IMG/VR virus record: IMGVR_UViG_3300032225_001816
Coordinates: 1-53,165 of that record
DNA length: 53,165 bases
Strand: one strand, 5' to 3'
From: a virus
Taxonomy: Duplodnaviria > Caudoviricetes
Position numbers and translations under genes: made by a program. Position 1 is the stretch's first letter. Every line of letters begins with the position of its first letter. The notes beneath the pieces were generated by a model. It was not told the origin of the DNA. It searched no databases and saw only the letters and a list, made by a program, of their open reading frames with translations. Shown here piece by piece: positions 11,054 through 21,370 of this stretch.

Positions 11054-11867
11054 ACCAATAACAAGTGATACTTTTAGAAATATAAGTGGAATAGTTTGTG
11101 ATTATAAAAATTCATGTAAAACTGATTTAATAAATAATGGATATGATTTCAATTCCCTTCCTGAAGAGGATGTAATTCTATATAAAAAATCAGATAATGA
11201 TATTATATTTTGTCATCCCTTATTTTTAGATCAATTATTACAACAAATTGATATATCGGATAAAATTCTTATTACTCATAATAGTGATGCTACTATTGTA
11301 TCATATAAAGAAGGAAACGTTACTTTTAAATTTTTAACAGGACAAGAATGGAGTATTTCTAATGTAACTCCTAAAAGATGGCTAGCCCAAAATAATCTTG
11401 CAGATATAATAGAATCAATCCCACTAGGAACACATTCTGGTAATCCTATTCATTCCCCAAAATATATAAAAACATCGAATGTATATGTAAATTTTGGATT
11501 AAACACAAATCCTTCAGCTAGGTTAGAATGTCAAAATAAAATTAATCTTCCAAATTTATACAACACCAATAAATCTCAATCTGATTTCCTAAATGAATTA
11601 TCCAGTCATAGATTTATAATATCACCAGAAGGATTTGGGATTGATTGTCATAGACATTGGGAAAGTCTTTACGTAGGAACTATTCCTATTGTATTAAAGA
11701 ATAAATTAACAGAAAATTTATCTAAAATTTTTCCTATTGTTGTATTAAATGATTGGGATAACTTTAAAATTGAGGAGTATAATGAAGATACATATCAAAC
11801 TATTTTATCTAAGTATGATCTATCATTATTAGACGCAGAAAAATATATTAGTTTTTTAAATTTATAA
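11046..11867 (+). CDS. Exostosin (GT47)-like glycosyltransferase
   Basis: FIISPEGFGIDCHRHWESLYVGTIPI. Confidence 0.7.
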   Translation: MNKPITSDTFRNISGIVCDYKNSCKTDLINNGYDFNSLPEEDVILYKKSDNDIIFCHPLFLDQLLQQIDISDKILITHNSDATIVSYKEGNVTFKFLTGQEWSISNVTPKRWLAQNNLADIIESIPLGTHSGNPIHSPKYIKTSNVYVNFGLNTNPSARLECQNKINLPNLYNTNKSQSDFLNELSSHRFIISPEGFGIDCHRHWESLYVGTIPIVLKNKLTENLSKIFPIVVLNDWDNFKIEEYNEDTYQTILSKYDLSLLDAEKYISFLNL

Positions 11868-11868
11868 A

Positions 11869-13017
11869 ATGAAAAAGAAAATATTAATATTTGTTTCTGA
11901 AGATAGAGGATATAATGAAATATGCAATGTAGTAAAAGAATTATCAAAATCAGAATGCGATTATGTTTTTATATATCCTATTAAAGGAAATTTTACTTAT
12001 GAATCTAATGTAGATTATAATGCTTATGAAAATTTTGAATCCAAAACAATAGGATTTACTCTTCCTTTTAAACCTGATATATTATTAATTACTAAAGAGT
12101 CATGGTTACCAGAAACTAACTTAATTATAGAATTTAAACAAGCTGGGACTATAGTATGTAATTTAGAAAATTCATCTTGGTTATATAATAACATAAAAAC
12201 TAGGTTAGAAATAATAAGTAGAATGAAATTTCCTACTAATATGATTGATGTATTTTTTGATCATAGTGAATGGGTATATGAAACAAAAATTAAAGCAGGG
12301 TGGATTAATAATAAAAGTATTATAACAGGTATTCCTAAATTTGATTTATTAAAAGAAACAAATACAGAGGATATAATACAAAAATATAATATTACAAAAC
12401 CCATTATAATTCTTTATGGTTCAATGGAGTCTAATATTAGATGTAACATTTTGAATATTGCTGAAGAAATAAAAAATAAATATAACAATGATTATCATTT
12501 ATTTTACAAACCCCATCCTAAAGAATTTATAGATTATTTTGATAGTTTTAATAATGGAGTTTTAACTTCATTTACTGTTATACAAGATGAAAAAGAAATG
12601 TTTTCATTTGCTAAATTAGGAAACATTCATATTGGTATTATTTCTTCTATAATGTATTATCCTTTATATTTTAATAAATCTATATATTATATTGATTCTG
12701 ATGATAGTGGGGTTTTATTTGATATGGATTTTAATAATTTTAAAGGTCAAGAATATGCTTTTTGGGCTCCTATAATAAATGTTAGATCATGGAATGAATT
12801 TGTAAATAAAATAGGTGAAAATAGGATAAATGAATTTAAAGAAAGATATGAATATTTTATAAACAAGTATAAAAATACTTTGAAATCATATAAAAATTCA
12901 TTAGATTTAGAGGAATATTCTTATAATAATGATATATTATTGTCATTTTATGATGAATTTAATGATGGAAATGCTTCAAAACGAATAGTTAATTATTTAA
13001 TAAATTTATATGTTTAA
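11869..13017 (+). CDS. GT-B fold protein (sialyl/glycerophospho-transferase-like or nucleotide-sugar hydrolase-like)
   Basis: TGIPKFD, KPHP, ISS, C-terminal DGNASKRIV. Confidence 0.55.
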   Translation: MKKKILIFVSEDRGYNEICNVVKELSKSECDYVFIYPIKGNFTYESNVDYNAYENFESKTIGFTLPFKPDILLITKESWLPETNLIIEFKQAGTIVCNLENSSWLYNNIKTRLEIISRMKFPTNMIDVFFDHSEWVYETKIKAGWINNKSIITGIPKFDLLKETNTEDIIQKYNITKPIIILYGSMESNIRCNILNIAEEIKNKYNNDYHLFYKPHPKEFIDYFDSFNNGVLTSFTVIQDEKEMFSFAKLGNIHIGIISSIMYYPLYFNKSIYYIDSDDSGVLFDMDFNNFKGQEYAFWAPIINVRSWNEFVNKIGENRINEFKERYEYFINKYKNTLKSYKNSLDLEEYSYNNDILLSFYDEFNDGNASKRIVNYLINLYV

Positions 13018-14011
13018 TAATAAAACAGTATTAATTACCGGAGGTACGGGATCACTAGGAAGAGCAATAATTCAAAGATTAAAGCAATATAATTGTAAAA
13101 TTATTGTTTATAGTAGAGATGAAGGTAAACAGGCTTTATATTTTGGACAAGATAATACTATAGTTAGAGTAATAGGTGATATTAGAGATTATGAACAACT
13201 ACTCAAAACATTTAAAAAGCATAAACCTCACTATGTTATCCACACAGCTGCTCTAAAACGAATAGATGATATGGAATACTATCCAGAAGAATGCGTTAAA
13301 ACAAATATTCAGGGTTCTATTAATGTAGCTAATGCTTGTATGGAAAGTAATGTAGATAAATGTATTTTAGTATCTACCGATAAAGCATGTATTCCTATCA
13401 ATGTATATGGAGCTTCAAAATTCACAGCTGAAAGATTATTTACTAATTTTGATTATAATTCCCCTAACACCATTTTTAGTTCTGTAAGATACGGAAATGT
13501 AATTGCTAGTAGGGGATCATTTATACCATTGTGGTTAGATTTAATTAATCGAGATAAAGAAATAAATGTAACTTCTTTAGATTGTACTAGATTTTTATTT
13601 ACATTAGAAGATGCTGTTAATACTGTACTTTCTTCATTAGTTAATAGCATTGGAGGTGAAGTTTTTATTCCATATTTCGATTCATTTAATATGGATACTA
13701 TAATAAAAACTTTATCTAAAAAAATAAATAAAGAAATCAAATACAATGTTATAGGAATGAGACCAGGAGAAAAGTTTCATGAAGATATGATAGCTAAAAC
13801 AGAGCTTCCATTTACATATGAATCTCATTTTATTTCCGGATTTACCACTTCTCATTGTGATAAATTACTTTGTATAATACCTCAATATTCTAATAAACAA
13901 TATGAACTACAAAAATATAATGGCCCTGAATTTAACTCCAGTATATTTTTAAATAATGACACTGAATATTTATTAAATTTAATCAATAAAGGACTACAAG
14001 ATGCCAATTAA
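13010..14011 (+). CDS. UDP-GlcNAc 4,6-dehydratase (PseB/FlaA1-like)
   Basis: ITGGTGSLG, YSRDE, HTAALK, STDKA, YGASK, RYGNVIASRGS, RPGEKFHE. Confidence 0.9.
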   Translation: MFNNKTVLITGGTGSLGRAIIQRLKQYNCKIIVYSRDEGKQALYFGQDNTIVRVIGDIRDYEQLLKTFKKHKPHYVIHTAALKRIDDMEYYPEECVKTNIQGSINVANACMESNVDKCILVSTDKACIPINVYGASKFTAERLFTNFDYNSPNTIFSSVRYGNVIASRGSFIPLWLDLINRDKEINVTSLDCTRFLFTLEDAVNTVLSSLVNSIGGEVFIPYFDSFNMDTIIKTLSKKINKEIKYNVIGMRPGEKFHEDMIAKTELPFTYESHFISGFTTSHCDKLLCIIPQYSNKQYELQKYNGPEFNSSIFLNNDTEYLLNLINKGLQDAN

Positions 14012-15278
14012 AAAGAAAATGAACGAACAAGAATTATGGGATAGAGCAGTTGAATTAATGCCAAGAGGTACTCAAACAATGAGTAAGTGTCCCGATCAAT
14101 TTGTAGATGGGGTTTACCCTAAATTTGTAAAATCGGGTAAGGGAGCTTATTTAACAGGATTAGATGAAAAGAAGTATCTTGATTATATGTGTGGGTTAGG
14201 ACCTATTATATTAGGATATAATCATACTAAAACAAACAAAGCTATTTCAAAACAACTTGAAGATGGAATTATATTTTCTTTTCCTACATTATTAGAGCAA
14301 GAATTAGCTGAGTTGATATGTGAAGTAGTACCATGCGCTGAACAAGTTCGTTTTGGAAAAAACGGTACTGATGTTAATTTAGCTTCTGTAAGAATAGCTC
14401 GTTCATATACTGGAAAAGAAAAAATATTAAAACCTAAAGGAGGATATCATGGATGGGGTGATTGGCATGCTATTACAATGAGACCATATGGTGTTCCTAA
14501 ATGTTTGAAAAAACTAATTGATGAATTTGAATTTAATAATCTTGATAGCTTAGAAAATTTACTTAAAAAAGATGATGTTGCTGCTGTTATAATTGAACCA
14601 CAAGCCCTTACAGCACCAGCACCTGGTTTTTTACAAGGTGTAAGAGATTTATGTGATAAGTACAAAGCAGTATTAATATTTGATGAAGTAGTAACAGGAT
14701 TCAGATGGGATTTGGGAGGAGCACAATCTTATTTTGGAGTAACCCCAGATTTATGTTGTTTAGGAAAAGCTATTGCTAATGGAATGCCATTAGCCGCTAT
14801 AGCAGGAAAAAAAGAATATATGAAAGAATTAGATCATGCTTTTTATTCTATGACTTTTGGAGGTGAGTGTTTATCTTTAGCAGCAGCTATAGCTACTATA
14901 AAAGAATTAAAAACTAAAGACTATAATCACATATGGAATTTAGGAAATATGCTAGATAAAGGAATAAAAGAATTAGCTAAAAAACATAATTTAGATGTTA
15001 TATTTGCAGGTAGCGCCCCTAGACATAATTTATCATTTAATCCAGAAACTTATAAAGATGCTGATGGATTAAAAGCTTTATTCTATCAGGAAATGGTTAA
15101 ACAAAACATTTTATTTCCAAATGTTATTTATATTCAATTCTCTCATACAGAGAAAGATATTCAAAAAACAATTAAAGCCGCTGATAAGGCATTTAAATTT
15201 GTAAGTGAGAATCTAAATAATATAGATGCAGTATTAGAGGGAAAAAGAAGTGTAGCTATTTTTAGAAAAAATAATTAA
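14001..15278 (+). CDS. Class III PLP aminotransferase (GSA-aminomutase-like, in a sugar pathway)
   Basis: LGPIILG, YHGW, FDEVVTGFR, GKAIANG, TFGG. Confidence 0.88.
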   Translation: MPIKKKMNEQELWDRAVELMPRGTQTMSKCPDQFVDGVYPKFVKSGKGAYLTGLDEKKYLDYMCGLGPIILGYNHTKTNKAISKQLEDGIIFSFPTLLEQELAELICEVVPCAEQVRFGKNGTDVNLASVRIARSYTGKEKILKPKGGYHGWGDWHAITMRPYGVPKCLKKLIDEFEFNNLDSLENLLKKDDVAAVIIEPQALTAPAPGFLQGVRDLCDKYKAVLIFDEVVTGFRWDLGGAQSYFGVTPDLCCLGKAIANGMPLAAIAGKKEYMKELDHAFYSMTFGGECLSLAAAIATIKELKTKDYNHIWNLGNMLDKGIKELAKKHNLDVIFAGSAPRHNLSFNPETYKDADGLKALFYQEMVKQNILFPNVIYIQFSHTEKDIQKTIKAADKAFKFVSENLNNIDAVLEGKRSVAIFRKNN

Positions 15279-15288
15279 AAAAAATCAT

Positions 15289-16140
15289 ATGAATAACGAA
15301 CAAAAAATCCAAGAGGTATTAAATCAATTAAATACTACGGGTTATTACAAAGGTAATATAATTAATTTATTAGATTCTGATGGTATTAATAATTTTAATA
15401 AAGTTAGTGAGTTTTTTGACCAAATGTTAAATAACCCAACAATTCAATATCGATTAGAAGCTATTAAACAAGGAATAAATACTACTAATAAAGATAAATT
15501 TTATGAAATAACGCATTATGATCATTTAGATCGAGGCCTTAATTTATCAGATGGTGGATTATTTGATTTATATTTAAATGATTTTTTTACAGAATTAGCA
15601 ACTAGATTTTTAGAGATAGATCCTTTAATATACAATGCTTTATTTTGGATACATGGTCAACAATCATTGGATAGAAGTGGATCTCAAAATTGGCATAGAG
15701 ATCCTGAAGATATTAAAATAATGAAAATATTCATATATTATTGTGATGTAACTGAGAAAAATGGAGCTTTACAATATGTGCCTTACAGTTATTGTGGTGG
15801 TGATTTTGTATTAAATAAAGGAAAAAATAATTATTCTGAATATCAAACGGGGCGCCTTAATCAGGAAGACTCCGACATATGTACACAAAATGCAGTTACT
15901 TTTGAAGGCACAGTAGGAGATATTATTATTACTAATAATACAGGTTTTCATAGAGGTGGATTTGTAAGAGAAGGATTTAGATGTATGAGTCATGCCTTAT
16001 ATATGAGACCAGATGCTGTTACTGTATTAGATGGTAGATTAGGAAATATTAATTATGACCCTAAAGTTAATTATATTGATCCTACATCAGATAGCTATAA
16101 AAATTTAAATAAAAAACAAAAATACATAAAAATTTACTAA
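15289..16140 (+). CDS. 2OG-Fe(II) dioxygenase (PhyH-like)
   Basis: WHRD (HxD), NGALQYVP, distal FHRG and R. Confidence 0.8.
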   Translation: MNNEQKIQEVLNQLNTTGYYKGNIINLLDSDGINNFNKVSEFFDQMLNNPTIQYRLEAIKQGINTTNKDKFYEITHYDHLDRGLNLSDGGLFDLYLNDFFTELATRFLEIDPLIYNALFWIHGQQSLDRSGSQNWHRDPEDIKIMKIFIYYCDVTEKNGALQYVPYSYCGGDFVLNKGKNNYSEYQTGRLNQEDSDICTQNAVTFEGTVGDIIITNNTGFHRGGFVREGFRCMSHALYMRPDAVTVLDGRLGNINYDPKVNYIDPTSDSYKNLNKKQKYIKIY

Positions 16141-17082
16141 ATGGAAAAAAGTTTACTACAATTAAGTTTAATTAATTTATTATCTAATAGATCAATTAGA
16201 GTTGATAGATTCGATGCGGATTATATTGATGATCTTGAATTTATCTTAAATGAAAATCATAATATATATGATATTAATGATGATAGTAATGAAGATTTTA
16301 ATAATATTAAAAAAAGTTTCCCATCAACAGCTACATCTTTAACAGAATATTGTAATGAAATTAAAAATTTAAAATTACCTTTAATTGGATGTGCTCCTTT
16401 ACGTTCATCTAATGATACTAAGCATGAACATAATTATGATTCTACTAGTGGATGGAAAGATAGTGAAGGAGTAATACTTTCACCAGATAAAAAATCAATT
16501 GAAATTATTAATAATTTACAAGCCCAATATTCTATTCAGAGTGGTGGAAGTAATGTTGATCATCCTAATCCTTGGGGAGGGGGTAGATTATTTGAGGAAC
16601 AAAATAAATTACTAGATACTTTAAGAAAAGAAAAAAAACTAAATATCCTAACTATAGGTCCAAGATGGATTTCAGAAGTAAAATTTATTCGTGAAAGATT
16701 TGATTCTGATGTTATAGGACTTGATTTGTTTACACATGACGAAAATTATATTGTTGTAGGAGATATGCATAATATGCATTTTGAAGACAATACATTTGAT
16801 GTTGTATATCAAAGAAATACATTTAATAAATCATATGATATTAGAAAAGCATTATCAGAAACTATTAGAGTATTAAAACCTGGAGGAGTTATGATTTCTA
16901 ATGAATGTATAGATTATACTATAGGTGTTAATGAAATTGCTAGAACTAATATTACTAGTAATGAATGGTACACAATGTGTTTAAGGAAGAATGTGGATGA
17001 AGTATTAATGAATGTAGAAATCCCATCAGGTAATAATTGGATTAAAAAAGAAGGAACATATGGAGTTAGAATTAAAAAATAA
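16141..17082 (+). CDS. Class I SAM-dependent methyltransferase
   Basis: GLDL, GDMHNMHFEDNTFDVV, RVLKPGG. Confidence 0.75.
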   Translation: MEKSLLQLSLINLLSNRSIRVDRFDADYIDDLEFILNENHNIYDINDDSNEDFNNIKKSFPSTATSLTEYCNEIKNLKLPLIGCAPLRSSNDTKHEHNYDSTSGWKDSEGVILSPDKKSIEIINNLQAQYSIQSGGSNVDHPNPWGGGRLFEEQNKLLDTLRKEKKLNILTIGPRWISEVKFIRERFDSDVIGLDLFTHDENYIVVGDMHNMHFEDNTFDVVYQRNTFNKSYDIRKALSETIRVLKPGGVMISNECIDYTIGVNEIARTNITSNEWYTMCLRKNVDEVLMNVEIPSGNNWIKKEGTYGVRIKK

Positions 17083-17767
17083 AAATATAAAGGATGTAGT
17101 TTTTGTTATTCAAGCAAGAACTCAATCTACTAGGGTTCCTAATAAAATGCTTAGACCATTTGCTGATTCATCTTTATTTGAAATAGCAATTCAAAAAATA
17201 TTACAATCTTCTATTATTCCTAAAGATAATTTTTATTTATCTGTAATGGATCAAGAATTAATAGATATAGCTAATAAATATAGTATTAATTATTTTGTAC
17301 GAAGCGAAGAATCCACTCAAGAACCAGTTACAATTCAAAAAGTATTTGAATGGTATGATAAATTACCTTTTAAACATTTTGTATTAATTAATGCTTGTAA
17401 TCCTTTACTTAAAATAGAAACTATTGATAGTTTTGTCAAACAATTTTTAGAGACAAATTCAAATGGATTATTTGGAGTATTCGAAAAGAAAACATTTCTA
17501 TTTAATAGTGAAGGAGTAATGATAAATCGTTTCTTTGGAGAAGATAAATATTTAGCTACTTTAGAAACTAAGTTTGTAGAAACTTGTTATGAAGCTGCTC
17601 ATTCATTATATGCTGGCTCTATAGAAGATATTCATAATGGAATATATATGGGGACATTTAAAGAAGCAGGTAATCCTGATTTCTTTATTATGGATGAAAT
17701 TGAATGTTTTGATATTGATTGGCCTTGGCAATTTGAGATAGCTGAAAAATTATATTTACATAAATGA
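17060..17767 (+). CDS. Acylneuraminate cytidylyltransferase (NeuA/PseF-like)
   Basis: IQARTQSTRVPNKM, CNPLL, DIDWPWQF. Confidence 0.88.
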   Translation: MELELKNKNIKDVVFVIQARTQSTRVPNKMLRPFADSSLFEIAIQKILQSSIIPKDNFYLSVMDQELIDIANKYSINYFVRSEESTQEPVTIQKVFEWYDKLPFKHFVLINACNPLLKIETIDSFVKQFLETNSNGLFGVFEKKTFLFNSEGVMINRFFGEDKYLATLETKFVETCYEAAHSLYAGSIEDIHNGIYMGTFKEAGNPDFFIMDEIECFDIDWPWQFEIAEKLYLHK

Positions 17768-18573
17768 AAGCAATAATAATAGGAGGAGGATCTATTGGGA
17801 AACGTCATTCTACTAATTTAAATAATTTAGGAATACAAACTCGTATTGTTGATATAGATGAAATTAGTAGTATAGATGATATACTAAAGGAAAATTATGA
17901 TATTGGTTTAGTTTGTACTCCAAATATTAACCACATTGAACATTGTATTAAATTATCTCAAAATGGTATTCCCATATTTTGTGAAAAACCTTTTTATTCT
18001 TCTTTAGAAGGAATTGATGAATTATTATCTATAATTAGGGAAAAGAAATTAATAACTATGGTAGGATGTAATTTACGATTTACTTCCGAAGTAGAAAATA
18101 TCAATTCAGATTCAAAATATATTAATGTTTATTTTGGGTATAATCTTAAAAAATGGAGACCAAATACTAACCATTTAGAATCATATAGTGCAAATAAACA
18201 TTTAGGAGGAGGAATATTATTAGATGCTATACATGAATTAGATTATCTTTATTATAAATTTGGTTCTATAAAAAATATTACTTATCTTAAAAATAAAATA
18301 TCAAATATAACAAATGATGTTGAGGATTTAACCACAGGAAGAATTGAATTTGAATCAGGAACTATAGCTGATTTTACTTTAAATTATCTTTCCGAGGAAT
18401 ATCAGCGATATTATGATATATTAGAAGAAGATACATTAAAAAGAATTTATTTTAATTTGGATAATCAAATGTATATTGATGAAATAGAATATTTCATTAA
18501 TCAAGTTAAAAATAACCAACAATGTATGAATAATTTTGAGGAAGCAAATTACTTATTAAGACATTTATTATGA
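17764..18573 (+). CDS. Gfo/Idh/MocA-family oxidoreductase
   Basis: IIGGGSIGKRH, CEKP, GGGILLDAIHELD. Confidence 0.88.
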   Translation: MKAIIIGGGSIGKRHSTNLNNLGIQTRIVDIDEISSIDDILKENYDIGLVCTPNINHIEHCIKLSQNGIPIFCEKPFYSSLEGIDELLSIIREKKLITMVGCNLRFTSEVENINSDSKYINVYFGYNLKKWRPNTNHLESYSANKHLGGGILLDAIHELDYLYYKFGSIKNITYLKNKISNITNDVEDLTTGRIEFESGTIADFTLNYLSEEYQRYYDILEEDTLKRIYFNLDNQMYIDEIEYFINQVKNNQQCMNNFEEANYLLRHLL

Positions 18574-19541
18574 AAACTTTTATAATTGCTGAAGCAGGGG
18601 CTAATCATGATAGAAAATTTGATCAAGCAATAAGCTTGATTGATATAGCTAAAAAAGCAGGAGCAGATGCATGCAAATTTCAAACATATTCCTCAGAAAC
18701 TCTCTATAGTAAAAATACTCCTGACTTTGCTGGGTATCAAAATATCAATCAGTTAATAAAAGATATAGAATTACCTCGTGAATGGCAGAAAGATTTAAAA
18801 CAGTATTGTGATGAAGTAGGAATTGAATTTATGTCTACTCCTTTTGATGAAAAGGCAGTTGATGAATTAGTATTATTAGGTGTTAAAAGATTAAAAATAG
18901 CTGGATTTGAATCTACTGATTTTAGATTTGTAGATATGGTAGCATCCTCTAAATTACCATTAATTATATCTTTAGGTATAGGATTTAAAGATGAATATTT
19001 AGATAAATTATTTAATATAACTTCTAAATATGGTAATGATTTAACTTTATTACATTGTAATAATGCATATCCAACACCATTAATAGATGTTGATTTGAAT
19101 AAAATTAAAAGATTATCTATAAATACAAACTATAAAACCGGATTTTCAGATCATACTCTTTCCACATTTACACCAGCATTAGCTGTTATTGCTGGTGCTA
19201 CGGTTATAGAAAAACATTTTACTTTAGATAAAACATTCCCTGGACCTGATCATCCTTTTGCTTTGGAACCAAAACAATTAGAAGAAATGGTTTATTTTAT
19301 TAGGCAAGCAGAAATGACATTAACTGACCAACCAGATGAATATACCAATTCTGAAATTAATTTTATTAAAGCAAGACGATCAATAGTTTCAAAATCCCCT
19401 ATTAAAAAAGGAGAGATTTTTACTGTAGATAATATTACTACAAAACGTCCTTTTTTAGAGGGATATATTTCTGCTAGTGAATTTGAAAATATATTAGGAA
19501 AAATAGCTGATAAAGACTATAATGAAGATGATTTTATATGA
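18570..19541 (+). CDS. neuB: Nonulosonic acid synthase (NeuB/PseI/LegI family) with C-terminal SAF/AFP domain
   Basis: IIAEAGANH, KFQT, STPFD, LHC..AYP, GFSDHT, IEKHFT..GPDH, RRSI..KRP. Confidence 0.92.
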   Translation: MKTFIIAEAGANHDRKFDQAISLIDIAKKAGADACKFQTYSSETLYSKNTPDFAGYQNINQLIKDIELPREWQKDLKQYCDEVGIEFMSTPFDEKAVDELVLLGVKRLKIAGFESTDFRFVDMVASSKLPLIISLGIGFKDEYLDKLFNITSKYGNDLTLLHCNNAYPTPLIDVDLNKIKRLSINTNYKTGFSDHTLSTFTPALAVIAGATVIEKHFTLDKTFPGPDHPFALEPKQLEEMVYFIRQAEMTLTDQPDEYTNSEINFIKARRSIVSKSPIKKGEIFTVDNITTKRPFLEGYISASEFENILGKIADKDYNEDDFI

Positions 19542-20191
19542 ATATACTAATATCAAAAGATAATTCATGGTCAAATGAATTATTTAATTTATTAAAATCG
19601 GATAATTTCATATGGCTTACAGAGCTTAATAAAAACACACTGGATTACTACAATCCAGAATGGATATTTTTCTTCCATTGGTCTGATATTGTTCCCGAAT
19701 CTATTTTTACAAAATATAAATGTGTTGTTACACATACAGGAAATTTACCTGAAGGAAGAGGTGGAAGTCCTTTACAGAATCAAATATTAGATGGTATTGT
19801 ATCTTCTCAAGTTAATCTTATTGAAATGTGTAATGAAATAGATGGTGGAGGAATATATTGTAGTGCTCCTGTAACTCTTCAAGGTAATTTGGATGATATA
19901 TGGAGAGCAATAACTAAAATTACTTTTAATTTAATTACAAAATGTGCATCAGAATCTCCTATTCCTACTCCTCAAAAAGGTACACCTAAAATATATAAAA
20001 GAAGAAAAACAACCAAAATTGACTTTGGTAACTCAGATAATTTATCATACATTTATGATCAAATAAGAATGTTAGATTCTGATGATTATCAAAAATCTCA
20101 TATAGAAATAGGTGATTTTGTTTTAGAATTTAGTAGAGCTAAAATGAATAATAATAAAATACTAGCTGATGTTATCATTACAAAAAAATAA
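19538..20191 (+). CDS. Sugar N-formyltransferase (Fmt-like)
   Basis: HTGNLPEGRGGSP, IDGG, IRMLD. Confidence 0.85.
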   Translation: MNILISKDNSWSNELFNLLKSDNFIWLTELNKNTLDYYNPEWIFFFHWSDIVPESIFTKYKCVVTHTGNLPEGRGGSPLQNQILDGIVSSQVNLIEMCNEIDGGGIYCSAPVTLQGNLDDIWRAITKITFNLITKCASESPIPTPQKGTPKIYKRRKTTKIDFGNSDNLSYIYDQIRMLDSDDYQKSHIEIGDFVLEFSRAKMNNNKILADVIITKK

Positions 20192-20834
20192 AAAAATATT
20201 AGTACTAGCTGCTCATCCTGATGATGAAACTTTAGGATGTGGTGGAACTATATATAAATTATCTAATAAAGGACATCAAATACACTTATTAACATTTACT
20301 GATGGAGTTGGAAGTAGAAATAATAATGAAGAAAATAGAAACTCTAAATTAGAACAAATATCCAGTATATTAGGTATAAAAAAAACTAATTCAGGAAATT
20401 TTCCTGATAATGCAATGGATTCTGTTCCTCTATTAGAAGTATGTCAGTTTATAGAAAATAATGTTAACTACAATCCAGATATTATATTTACTCATTTTAA
20501 TAATGATTTAAATGTAGATCATCAAATAGTAACTAAAGCGGCTTTATCTGCTTTTAGACCACAGTATGGATTTAAAAATAAAATTTATTCTTATTTTATT
20601 CCATCTTCAACTGATTATAACCCTTTATTTCAATTTGATGGAAATTCATATATTGAATTATCAGAAAAAGAAGTACAAACTAAAATAAGTGCTCTGCAAA
20701 TATATGATAAAGAAATGAGATCTTATCCTCATACTAGAAGTTATCAAAATGTAGAAAATCTAATGAAAGTATGGGGAAGTGAAGTTGGTACTTATTATTG
20801 TGAAAAATTTAAATTGATACGAGAAATAATATGA
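20169..20834 (+). CDS. PIG-L/LmbE-family deacetylase
   Basis: AAHPDDE, TH..DLNVDH. Confidence 0.9.
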   Translation: MLSLQKNKKILVLAAHPDDETLGCGGTIYKLSNKGHQIHLLTFTDGVGSRNNNEENRNSKLEQISSILGIKKTNSGNFPDNAMDSVPLLEVCQFIENNVNYNPDIIFTHFNNDLNVDHQIVTKAALSAFRPQYGFKNKIYSYFIPSSTDYNPLFQFDGNSYIELSEKEVQTKISALQIYDKEMRSYPHTRSYQNVENLMKVWGSEVGTYYCEKFKLIREII

Positions 20835-21367
20835 TTAAAGGAAATTTAGTTTATTTGGTAAAACCTCAAAGAGAGGATATGCCTAAATTATTAGAATGGA
20901 GAAATGATCCTAATAATAGAAAATATTATAGAGAATATAAAGAATCTAATTTAGAAGATCAAATAAAATGGTATGAAAATACTATGATGGTTGATCCAAC
21001 ATGGCATCATTTTGTAGTAAAACCAATAAATGATCCTAATAAAATAATAGGAGTTACTTTTTTAAATCATATTCATCCTATATATAGAACTGGAGAATTT
21101 GGAATTACATTAGGAGACCCAGAATATAGAGGAAAAGGATATGGTAAAGACATGTTATTAACCTTAATTAAATATGGTTTTGAGCAATTAAATTTAAATA
21201 GAATATGGTGTGAGGTTTATTCAAATAATGATTCTGTCCATGTTTATAGAAATATAGGATTTAAAGATGAAGGTGTATTAAGACAACATGTATTTAAAGA
21301 TAATAAATATTTAGATTCTTATATGTTAGGAATGTTAAAATCAGAATATGAACAATTATATAAATAA
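20831..21367 (+). CDS. GNAT acetyltransferase (PseH/RimL-like)
   Basis: WRND, RGKGYG, LNLNRI..V..NN..YRNIGF..EG. Confidence 0.88.
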   Translation: MIKGNLVYLVKPQREDMPKLLEWRNDPNNRKYYREYKESNLEDQIKWYENTMMVDPTWHHFVVKPINDPNKIIGVTFLNHIHPIYRTGEFGITLGDPEYRGKGYGKDMLLTLIKYGFEQLNLNRIWCEVYSNNDSVHVYRNIGFKDEGVLRQHVFKDNKYLDSYMLGMLKSEYEQLYK

Positions 21368-21370
21368 CAA

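Noticed and set aside
14001-15278. hemL (tetrapyrrole synthesis)
   Set aside because: Embedded in a nucleotide-sugar operon with no other hem genes; a sugar aminotransferase role is more plausible
19538-20191. Methionyl-tRNA formyltransferase (fmt)
   Set aside because: Short, and coupled to neuB and a deacetylase, as is typical of sugar formyltransferases
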